Below, one piece after another: positions 14,502 through 22,264 of a stretch of DNA of 27,632 nt (its first letter is position 1; every line of letters starts with the position of its first letter). The position numbers were made by a program, and so were the translations under genes. Origin of the DNA: Chlamydiota bacterium (GTDB lineage Bacteria > Auribacterota > JACPWU01); the NCBI GenBank assembly GCA_016196885.1, contig JACPWU010000043.1, positions 1-27,632 on the forward strand, read 5' to 3'. Under the pieces are notes generated by a model. That model saw only the letters and a list, made by a program, of their open reading frames with translations, ran no database searches and was not told where the DNA came from.

Positions 14502-15234
14502 ATAGGGGGGTTACCTTCACCCTCTCCAACTTTAAAATCACCGGTGAACCCCACAAAGCCGTAAGCCCTAGCAAACGGCACAAACCCTCTAAAAATTTTG
14601 AAAGGGGAAGGCATTTCACAATCCGATGAAAAACCATGGGAAGGAAAAATTCAGCAAAACGACCCGTCCGCTCAAAATGAAACGTGCGAAAAACTTCCAG
14701 CAACTCCTTCTCCCTGAAACACGTAAAGGTTCGGGTATTTCCCTCCCATTTTTTCTTAAATTTAAAGAGCAGGGGTGAAATGGCATTCACACTCATCACC
14801 GTAGGATAATCCACCATCACAACACCTCGAGCCACCCGCGTTAACTCTGAAATTAATTTTTTCCACTCCCTGACATGAGGAAGCAATCTAAAACTTAAAA
14901 CCACATCAAAGGCTTGATCCGGAAAGGGGAGGGCTAAAATATTTCCTACCTTAAACTCACAAGAACCCTGTTTCAAAAATTTTTGAATCCTTTCTGAACA
15001 GATGGCAGCACTCCCCAAAACCGTCACGTGATGTCCTGAACGAAGAAGACCTTCCAGCATTTGACCATGCCCTCCCCCCACATCCAGAATGCGAAGGGGG
15101 GATCCCTTGGAGAGCATTTTCAAAGTTGCCTCTTCTTGCATCGTCAAGAACCAAGCACCGACTTCGCCAGAAAAACGCCTGGCATAATCGTCAGATGAAG
15201 TTTCAATATCAGGTGTTTCTGGTAGATTTATCAT
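14491..15234 (-). CDS. Class I SAM-dependent methyltransferase
   Basis: Motif I ILDVGGGHGQ, then FDVVLSFRLLPHV. It is the first gene of the long minus-strand array. Confidence 0.8.
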   Translation of the reverse strand: MINLPETPDIETSSDDYARRFSGEVGAWFLTMQEEATLKMLSKGSPLRILDVGGGHGQMLEGLLRSGHHVTVLGSAAICSERIQKFLKQGSCEFKVGNILALPFPDQAFDVVLSFRLLPHVREWKKLISELTRVARGVVMVDYPTVMSVNAISPLLFKFKKKWEGNTRTFTCFREKELLEVFRTFHFERTGRFAEFFLPMVFHRIVKCLPLSKFLEGLCRLLGLTALWGSPVILKLERVKVTPLSPP

Positions 15235-15236
15235 AA

Positions 15237-15302
15237 AGAAATGCGGGCTAGCCCGACACCGATGCCGTCGGTGGGGCTGCCGGGCGGCAGGACCCGTTTT
15301 CT
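15237..15302. repeat. 66-bp GC-rich palindromic element, short relative of the 27226-27407 element
   Basis: Termini are AGAAATGCGGG (15237-15247) and CCCGTTTTCT (15293-15302). Three internal mini-hairpins are GGGCTAGCCC (15245-15254), CACCGAtgccgTCGGTG (15257-15273) and CTGCCgggcGGCAG (15277-15290). It lies 2 nt upstream of a start codon, in an otherwise AT-rich divergent intergenic region. Confidence 0.55.
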
Positions 15303-15423
15303 AAAGGATCTTAGGAAAAAACTTCCTCTAAAAAACCTTTTCATAAACCTCTCATCATGATAGATTGTATAGACGTAGGGGTTTCCTTTATAACTTTCCC
15401 ATGCACTTCGTTGCAAGCTTTTT

Positions 15424-17820
15424 ATGACCTACATTCTCACTCTAACCACCCTCATTTCCTGGACAGGTCTTCTTCTTGCGCAATTCCAACTCTTCAATTT
15501 ATGTTCTCTTTTCTCTATCGTTTTTCTCTTCGCATTCATTCTTAGAATTTTTTTCAAGGAAGAGTTTCCAAGTTTTAAACTCAAAATCCATTTCTCCAAA
15601 CACACCCTCTTTCTCACCCTCATCTTGTTGGCAAGTGCTCTTTTCTATCTTAAGCCCCATGAGTATATCACGGGTCATTGGGACCCAGGAGTTTACCTTA
15701 ACACCGGATATCACATCGCCCAACACGGTTCCATTGAAATCACAGATCCTCTCCTTTCACAAATGACGAGTGAAGAAATGAAAATCTTCGTGGATCCAAA
15801 GCCAGGAACTCCTCTCTATCCAGGTTTTTATCTGAAAAACGCACTCGATGGGACATTCATCCCCCAATTTTATCACGTCTATCCTGTCTGGATTTCCATC
15901 TTCTTTAAAATCTTTGGGGCCCATGGAGCGCTCTTCGTGAATTTCGTTTTCTCCCTTCTTGCCCTTTGGACATGGGCCCTATTGGTTGAAGAAATTTCCA
16001 ATCGGAGAGTCGCCTTCATGGCCACGATTCTATTAGGACTCTCTATTCCTCAAATCTGGATCACCCGATTTCCAGCTTCTGAAATCTTATCGCAATACTT
16101 CATTTTCTCAGTGCTTTACACCTTTTTAAAATTTGAAAAAGAAAAGAAAAAATTTTGGGGTGTCTTGGCGGGCCTTTCTTTAGGCGCAGCGCTCCTGACA
16201 AGACCCACGGGAATTCTACTTTTGCCAAACCTCGCCTTTCATCTGGCTTTCAGAGAACGTCCCAAACTTAAGCGATCTGACTTGAGCTGGGCCACTCCTT
16301 TGGCCCTTGCCTCTCTCCATCTTGTGCTACAGGGCTATTTCTTCACAAAATATTATCTTCACGAAATTTCTCATTTTTTCATTCTTAATTTACAAGAAAG
16401 AAAGATCATTCTTTTAGGAACCCTCACCCTTTCAACTTTTTTTCTTTTCCACCTCATCTGGAGAAAAACGAAATGGAAATATTCTGTCGGAACGCTTGCA
16501 AAATGGCTCTTGGCAACGATTCTACTCAGCCTCGGAATATATGCTTATTTTATCCGGCCCCGATCGGGATATGGACCTGACGACCCAAATCTCATTTGTC
16601 TCAGTTGGTTTATGGGACCCCCTTCTATTATTTTGGCCATTTTTGGAATCACGGCTTGGAGTGATCAAGAATTAAAACGAAAAAACTTATTTGTCTTTAG
16701 CTCTTTCTTAAGTGAATGCCTTTTTTTTCTTTATAAAAAGAGCATCCTATCCACCTACCCTTGGGCCTTGAAACGTTTTGTTCCCCTGGTGGTTCCGTCC
16801 ATTGCCATCTTTGCAGCCTACGCGCTTGAAAAAATGACAAGAAAAATCCCCCGAGCCCGTGGCCTTATTTTATCAGGGCTTTGCGGCCTTCTGATTCTTC
16901 CACCGCTTGTCAAAGGGCACGCCTTTTTGAGAGAGAGCGACCAAAAAGGGATGATCTCATTTTTAACGGAGCTCGCTCAAAAATTGGATCCCGAGGGGAT
17001 TTACCTTCTGGAACGCGATTTTTTGGCCGTTCCCCTCCAGCATCTCTGCGAGCTCAAAACTTTGGTTCTCCCAGAACCCTCGAAATTTCCGGAAGTGGAG
17101 CCTGTCCTCATTCGATGGATCCGTGAGGGCCAACACCTTTATTATCTGGGCCATCCCGAAAAACCCTACAGTGAAAAATTACAATTCGAACGCGCACAGA
17201 TTCAACTGCCTCAACTCAACACCTCTTTGCTAGAGCCAAGCTACATGAGCTATCCAAAAAAGATCAAGAAAATCCAAATAGCACCCTCTCTTTATAAAAT
17301 CTCAGAGCTGACATCAGCCATTGAGAAAGAAAAGGATTTTTGGATTGACATCGGGGAAGAGAGAATCGGTCTCCTCAACGGCTTTGACCGAGCCAAGCGT
17401 TTTAAGGAAAAAGAAAAAAAATCTTTTTTCTGGGCCCGATGGACGACCGGCAAAGCCTCCCTCATCCTTCCATGCTTCAATTCTCAAATCCCACAAGAAT
17501 TGATTCTCCACATAAGCGGCTTTAGAGGAAAAACATCTCCTTCCAATCAAGACGAGATTTCCAGACTCTCTCTTTGGGTGAATGACACCCTACTTGCCAA
17601 AGACATCGCCCTTCCCAATGATTTTACAACCCTTCGCCTCCCCATTCCTGAAAAATTGCTAGACCGCAAAGAAGGGCGATGCATTCTCACGCTAGAATCC
17701 AATGTCTGGAAACCTTCTGAAAAGGGGATCAAAGGATTCCCGTATCAATTAGGGGTTTTGTTAGATTGGATTAAGATTCGGAAATCTCTGCACCCACAGG
17801 ATGACCTTCGTAAACCCTAA
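15424..17820 (+). CDS. Polytopic membrane glycosyltransferase, GT-C fold (ArnT/PMT GT39-like) with soluble C-terminal domain
   Basis: There are many hydrophobic helices in the first ~500 aa. The first loop, HWDPGVYLNTGYHIAQHG, resembles the acidic D-x-G-x-Y loop-1 motif of ArnT/PMT_2 enzymes. A roughly 300-aa hydrophilic C-terminus follows. Confidence 0.6.
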   Translation: MTYILTLTTLISWTGLLLAQFQLFNLCSLFSIVFLFAFILRIFFKEEFPSFKLKIHFSKHTLFLTLILLASALFYLKPHEYITGHWDPGVYLNTGYHIAQHGSIEITDPLLSQMTSEEMKIFVDPKPGTPLYPGFYLKNALDGTFIPQFYHVYPVWISIFFKIFGAHGALFVNFVFSLLALWTWALLVEEISNRRVAFMATILLGLSIPQIWITRFPASEILSQYFIFSVLYTFLKFEKEKKKFWGVLAGLSLGAALLTRPTGILLLPNLAFHLAFRERPKLKRSDLSWATPLALASLHLVLQGYFFTKYYLHEISHFFILNLQERKIILLGTLTLSTFFLFHLIWRKTKWKYSVGTLAKWLLATILLSLGIYAYFIRPRSGYGPDDPNLICLSWFMGPPSIILAIFGITAWSDQELKRKNLFVFSSFLSECLFFLYKKSILSTYPWALKRFVPLVVPSIAIFAAYALEKMTRKIPRARGLILSGLCGLLILPPLVKGHAFLRESDQKGMISFLTELAQKLDPEGIYLLERDFLAVPLQHLCELKTLVLPEPSKFPEVEPVLIRWIREGQHLYYLGHPEKPYSEKLQFERAQIQLPQLNTSLLEPSYMSYPKKIKKIQIAPSLYKISELTSAIEKEKDFWIDIGEERIGLLNGFDRAKRFKEKEKKSFFWARWTTGKASLILPCFNSQIPQELILHISGFRGKTSPSNQDEISRLSLWVNDTLLAKDIALPNDFTTLRLPIPEKLLDRKEGRCILTLESNVWKPSEKGIKGFPYQLGVLLDWIKIRKSLHPQDDLRKP

Positions 17821-19276
17821 CCGTTCTTTCTTCAAACTTCCAGCGGAGAGAAAACCAAGGCCCCTCCAACGTCCCCGTACGCAAGTGCTCCACACTGCAC
17901 AGCGTCAGTTTAAAATCTCTCATCCCGGGTTTCTCATGTTTTGAAATCAAAAAAACCTTTCCCCCCTCTTTCAACCAACGGCGAATCTCTCTCAAAAAAT
18001 CTGTATCCAATCCTTGCGGGGGTACAAAATAAATTTTCATCCCATACAATTTCTTTAAAAGAGAGACTTCTCTTTCATCGTCTGAAAAAATGAGATCGTC
18101 CGGCAAAAAAGAGCGGCTCAAAGACCCATAAAATCTCAGAAGCCCATCCGATTCCCTGGCCTTCAAATAGGGTCTTGCAACATTTAAAGATAAAAGCATC
18201 ATGACCAGCACTCCCCCTACAGCAAAAACGCGTGCAACTTTTCCCAGGCGAAAAGCAAAAGAAAAGAAAGCCGATACCCAAAGAATCAAAGCGGGCAAAG
18301 CCCAAAAAACGAAAGGAGCCAAATCCTTCAAAGGAGCTTCGACGCCCCCTTTCCAATGAAAAACCGTCCAAAGGGGACAAAGAACAAACCCCATCAAAAG
18401 AAGGAAATATTTTCTCTGCGATTTGTCCCCCCTTAAAAAAATCATCCCCGCCCAAGCCCCTATAAAAAAAACAGCCCAAACCCACATTTCCAAACGGGCC
18501 AGGTATGCCCCGATCGCGCTCAAAAATGAAAACATCATCCAAAGAAAATGTTTTTCCTCAAAAAAAAGGCATGCGAAGTAAAAAGCAACCAGACCCAAAG
18601 CCTGGGCCAAGAGATAACCTTCCGGTAATCGGGCAAACCAAATCATACAGAAATGGGTTGCCAGAAGGAGCGCGGCACAAATGCCAGCCACTCGATCAAA
18701 AAGGCGCCTCGCTAGGCAGAAAAGAGCCAAGAGCGAAATCAAACTTAGGATTGGAACAACCATCAAAGACAGTTGCAAACCCAGAAACAAATGAAAAATC
18801 CCAAACCAAATTGAGAGCAAGGGGGATGCTCTCAACCCCTGAAGGTCCAAGGCCCATCCGTTTGCCTTCGCGAGTTCGCAAGCCTGAATAAAGGGATGGG
18901 CGATATTTTCCGAAGGCCGGAAAAATAAAATAAGACCCAACATCAAGGCAAGGGCGAGAAAAACATCTTCCCAGTTCAACCTAAAAACATCTGAATATTG
19001 AATCAAACGAAATTTCCTGAGAGAAAAAAAGACCAGAGAAAAAAAGAGCGGCGCCAACATCATCGCCTCTCGAGAAAAAGCAGACACAGTAGACATCCCC
19101 AAACCCAAAAAAGAGGAAATCAAAAGGCTTAATAAAACTCGCACGGAAAAAGCCTCCATGACAGAACTGTCTCGGGGCAAACTCAAGAACGTCCTCGTGA
19201 GGGCATATCCTGGCAAGAAAAAAAAGAGGGAGAGCGCCATCAAAGCTTGTAACAGCAAACTCAAGCGATCACTCAT
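17771..19276 (-). CDS. Polytopic membrane protein with soluble C-terminal domain (possible GT-C-like glycosyltransferase)
   Basis: About 10 hydrophobic helices and an FFLPGYAL motif after TM1. The C-terminal segment (LIFSDDEREVSLLKKLYGMKIYFVPPQ) parallels the C-terminal region of the 798-aa protein. No specific family was recognised. Confidence 0.5.
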   Translation of the reverse strand: MSDRLSLLLQALMALSLFFFLPGYALTRTFLSLPRDSSVMEAFSVRVLLSLLISSFLGLGMSTVSAFSREAMMLAPLFFSLVFFSLRKFRLIQYSDVFRLNWEDVFLALALMLGLILFFRPSENIAHPFIQACELAKANGWALDLQGLRASPLLSIWFGIFHLFLGLQLSLMVVPILSLISLLALFCLARRLFDRVAGICAALLLATHFCMIWFARLPEGYLLAQALGLVAFYFACLFFEEKHFLWMMFSFLSAIGAYLARLEMWVWAVFFIGAWAGMIFLRGDKSQRKYFLLLMGFVLCPLWTVFHWKGGVEAPLKDLAPFVFWALPALILWVSAFFSFAFRLGKVARVFAVGGVLVMMLLSLNVARPYLKARESDGLLRFYGSLSRSFLPDDLIFSDDEREVSLLKKLYGMKIYFVPPQGLDTDFLREIRRWLKEGGKVFLISKHEKPGMRDFKLTLCSVEHLRTGTLEGPWFSLRWKFEERTVRVYEGHPVGAEISES

Positions 19277-19392
19277 GATGAAATTTTCGTCCCCCCTTTT
19301 ATCATAACCTGGACAACCCTATGACTGATCCAGGATTATATGGGCATCATTAGATTCAATGTTTAACCCTGTTTGATTCTGGCTTGTCCAGG

Positions 19393-20505
19393 TTAGGGGG
19401 TTACTCCTTTAAAGAAGCTGACGATCTGGCGAGCCACCTCCCTTACCTGAGACTCGTCCATCTCAGGATAAAGGGGTAAGGCCAAGCTTTCCTGAGCGGC
19501 ATGCTCCGCATTGGGAAAATCACCCGGACGATGTTTCAACATCGAGAAACAAGGCTGCAGATGAAGCGGCAGAGGATAATAAATCTCCGTTCCAATGCCC
19601 TTTCGAGAAAGAAATTCCCTCAAGGGATCTCGCCCTGAGCTACGAATCACAAACTGATTATACGCGTGATAAAAACCAGCCGGTTCTCGCGGTAGCACCA
19701 AAGGTAAATCCTTCAACAAATCTAAATATTGATTTGCAATTTTCCGGCGGCGCTCCACTCTCTTTTTTAATTGTTTTAATTTAATCAAGAGAATGGCCGC
19801 CTGAATTTCATCCGTGCGACTGTTCCATCCTAAAATCTCGTGAAAATATTTTTTCTCCGAGCCGTGTGCCCGAAGCATCTTAACTTTTTGAGCCAATTTT
19901 TCATCCCGCATAAGAATCATCCCCGCATCTCCTGCGGCCCCTAAATTCTTTGTCGGATAGAAACTTAAAGCACCCACATCTGCGATAGATCCCGATGACT
20001 TTCCCCCAACCGTCGCCCCCAAACTCTGGGCTGCGTCTTCAATCACCTTCAACCGATGTCGCCTTGCAAAATCCATGACTTTATCCATGGAGACACACAG
20101 CCCAAAAAGGTGAACGGGAATCATCGCTCGCGTTCTTTTAGACACCCCCTTTTCGAGCTGTGTTACGTCCATGGAAAAACCTTGCGATTCAATGTCCACA
20201 AAAATGGGCTTCGCCCCCACCTTTAAAATAGCCGTCACGGTCGCAATAAAAGTATAGGGAGTGGTAATCACCTCATCTCCGGGCCCCACGCCTAACGCCA
20301 ACAAAGCAAGCCACAAGGCATCTGAACCCGAAGCGACTCCCACCGCATAAGGACTTCCCGTAAATTGGGCTATTTTTTCTTCTAGCGTTTGGACATTCTT
20401 TCCCAAAATAAAATGTCCTAACTTAAAAATATTTTTTAAAGCCTTCTGTAATTCAGAAGCCTCTCTTTGATACTGTTTTCTTAAATCAAAAAAAGGAATT
20501 TTCAT
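19393..20505 (-). CDS. DegT/DnrJ/EryC1/StrS-family PLP-dependent sugar aminotransferase
   Basis: N-terminus IPFFDLRKQY, then GSDALWLAL, and the PLP-lysine motif SFYPTKNLGAAGDAGM. Confidence 0.9.
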   Translation of the reverse strand: MKIPFFDLRKQYQREASELQKALKNIFKLGHFILGKNVQTLEEKIAQFTGSPYAVGVASGSDALWLALLALGVGPGDEVITTPYTFIATVTAILKVGAKPIFVDIESQGFSMDVTQLEKGVSKRTRAMIPVHLFGLCVSMDKVMDFARRHRLKVIEDAAQSLGATVGGKSSGSIADVGALSFYPTKNLGAAGDAGMILMRDEKLAQKVKMLRAHGSEKKYFHEILGWNSRTDEIQAAILLIKLKQLKKRVERRRKIANQYLDLLKDLPLVLPREPAGFYHAYNQFVIRSSGRDPLREFLSRKGIGTEIYYPLPLHLQPCFSMLKHRPGDFPNAEHAAQESLALPLYPEMDESQVREVARQIVSFFKGVTP

Positions 20506-20595
20506 TTTAATTCAAACCCCTCTGGGAAGCCCTATCACAACTTTGATCATCTTCGGAAGGACTTTGAAACAAATTGAGAATAGCTAAGCAGTTTG

Positions 20596-21015
20596 TCAAT
20601 GACCCAATATCTTCATCAACCGTACAGCCACTGAGGCAACCCAACGTGCCCCTTGAATAGCCTTCTTCGCATCGCGAGAAGAATATTCCTCCGTTGGAAT
20701 AAAATCAATATCTCCGTAAAAAGAGAGCTCCCTATCTTTTCTCAACTCTTTTGAAATCAAAGCCATTTTCTTGAGAGAAATCCGTATTTGACTAGGAAAT
20801 TTGTCCCGATGTTCTATCAGGAAAGAACCCACGTCATGAATTTTAGGAGGATCGATTCCAACGGTTCTGAGCATTCCCTTTAAAGCCAATTCAACAACTT
20901 CCTGGGATTCTCTTATAACATCTGAATAATCTTCTTCTTTAAAGAGAAAACCCAAGTACTTCAGTCTCTTCTCAATTTTTACCATATAACTCTGAGCAAG
21001 ATTCAAATTGGTCAT
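20596..21015 (-). CDS. HEPN-domain protein (toxin partner of MNT)
   Basis: ELALKGMLRTVGIDPPKIHDVGSFL and RKDRELSFYGD fit the HEPN family that pairs with minimal nucleotidyltransferases. It shares a 4-nt overlap with the upstream MNT gene. Confidence 0.7.
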   Translation of the reverse strand: MTNLNLAQSYMVKIEKRLKYLGFLFKEEDYSDVIRESQEVVELALKGMLRTVGIDPPKIHDVGSFLIEHRDKFPSQIRISLKKMALISKELRKDRELSFYGDIDFIPTEEYSSRDAKKAIQGARWVASVAVRLMKILGH

Positions 21016-21503
21016 ATTTCAAAAATCTCCCCCGGCTTATAATCCGGTTTCAATTCCCAATACCATGCACTCCCATACCATATTCTCCTTGAACCCAACT
21101 CCTTCAAGCGGGCTCTCAAACGCTCGAGCCTCTTAAAAAAGAAACGATCCCGATCCAGAAGAATCTTCGCATCATAAACCATATCTAAAAAAAGAGGACT
21201 TCCAAATTCTACCTCCTCAGGACTTTTGATAATGGGAGAAAAATAGGTATCAATCCCTTTCTTGCGTAGTTTTTTCACCAAAGGCTCAAGGCGATTTTCT
21301 ATTCTTTCAAACTCTCGCACCCGCCTCATTCGTCCTCTTGGGAGATCTTTCACCACCAACAAGAAATCTAAATCAGAATTAAACCTCTGAGTTTCTCGGG
21401 CTACCGAGCCAAATATAACGAGAGAAACAAGGCTTTTTCCATAAAATAATTTTGCCTGCCTTAAAAGACTTTTTTGAAGTTCCCTAAAAGACGATTTCAA
21501 CAT
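21012..21503 (-). CDS. Minimal nucleotidyltransferase (MNT) antitoxin-type protein
   Basis: Pol-beta-superfamily NTase motif FGSVARETQRFNSDLDFLLV. It lies immediately upstream of the HEPN gene and overlaps it. Confidence 0.8.
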   Translation of the reverse strand: MLKSSFRELQKSLLRQAKLFYGKSLVSLVIFGSVARETQRFNSDLDFLLVVKDLPRGRMRRVREFERIENRLEPLVKKLRKKGIDTYFSPIIKSPEEVEFGSPLFLDMVYDAKILLDRDRFFFKRLERLRARLKELGSRRIWYGSAWYWELKPDYKPGEIFEI

Positions 21504-21632
21504 ATTGTTATCCGTCTATACTGTCAGTTATTGTATCACATCTAAGATTATTCACTGGATCTATGAATTGCGTCCAGACCCTACCTCATCCTCACTTTTA
21601 TCTAAAATAATCTACAATCATTGTCTAAACAG

Positions 21633-21692
21633 TAAAAATACACTATTTTATGTAACTTTAGCTTGAAGTCAGTCATAAAATAATGTATTTTA
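21633..21692. promoter_or_regulatory. Two palindromic operators (TAAAATA-N3-TATTTTA type) in the hipBST / MNT-HEPN divergent control region
   Basis: Operator 1 is TAAAAATAcacTATTTTA (21633-21650) and operator 2 is TAAAATAatgTATTTTA (21676-21692). Their centres are about 42 bp apart. The wider arms at 21630-21652 and 21674-21695 are also mutually inverted. A possible promoter is TTGAAG (21664-21669), a 17-nt spacer, then TATTTT (21687-21692). Confidence 0.4.
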
Positions 21693-21713
21693 CTGCTATA
21701 AAGGTATTTAATC

Positions 21714-21959
21714 ATGAATGGTACAGATAAATTCAAAAAAGAGATCCCCGAGTTGGTGCGTACCCACCGAAAGAAAAGCTCATTGTCTCAAGAAGCACTT
21801 GCAAAGCTTGCGGGTGTGGGGAAGACGGCGGTCTTTGACTTAGAGCACGGCAAAATGACCGTTCAGCTCAATACTTTATTACGTGTTTTCGATGCGTTAA
21901 ATATCGAGGTCCATTTTGCAAGTCCGCTCCTGCAAGCCATGAAGGAGACGCAAGAATGA
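21714..21959 (+). CDS. hipB: XRE-family HTH protein, HipB-like
   Basis: HTH region LSQEALAKLAGVGKTAVFDLEHGK. Its stop codon forms an ATGA overlap with the next gene's start. Confidence 0.8.
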   Translation: MNGTDKFKKEIPELVRTHRKKSSLSQEALAKLAGVGKTAVFDLEHGKMTVQLNTLLRVFDALNIEVHFASPLLQAMKETQE

Positions 21960-22264
21960 AAAAAGCGAATATTTTCTTCGATGGCCGGCCAGCGGGAATT
22001 CTGACCGAAGCAAACGGGCATTATATTTTTGCATACAGAAAAGATTACAAAGGCCCTTCGATCTCGCGGACCCTTCCACGTGAAAAAGAACGATTTGAAT
22101 TTGAGGGATTTCCTCTCTTCTTTGATGGACTTCTTCCCGAAGGCGTGAACCTCGAAGCCTTTTTAAGGAAAACCAAAATTGACCGTAGGGATTATTTCAG
22201 CCAGATTTTAGCAGTGGGACATGATCTTGTCGGCGCTGTGACGGTAGAGGAATGGAATGAGTAA
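21956..22264 (+). CDS. hipS: HipS-like protein (stand-alone HipA N-terminal subdomain)
   Basis: IFFDGRPAGILTE...FAY and FFDGLLPEG...AVGHDLVGAVTV match the HipA N-terminal (couple_hipA) domain, here encoded as a separate 102-aa ORF. Confidence 0.8.
   Translation: MKKANIFFDGRPAGILTEANGHYIFAYRKDYKGPSISRTLPREKERFEFEGFPLFFDGLLPEGVNLEAFLRKTKIDRRDYFSQILAVGHDLVGAVTVEEWNE

Noticed and set aside
15231-15416. 61-aa ORF on the minus strand covering the divergent intergenic region.
   Set aside because: It spans the GC-rich palindromic element, has no RBS or recognisable motif, and overlaps the methyltransferase start. It is probably not a gene.
20596-20622. R-x6-H (RLMKILGH) at the very C-terminus of the HEPN protein, as a possible catalytic RNase motif.
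   Set aside because: Its position at the last 8 residues does not fit the usual placement of the HEPN active-site helix, so I treat it as coincidental until aligned.
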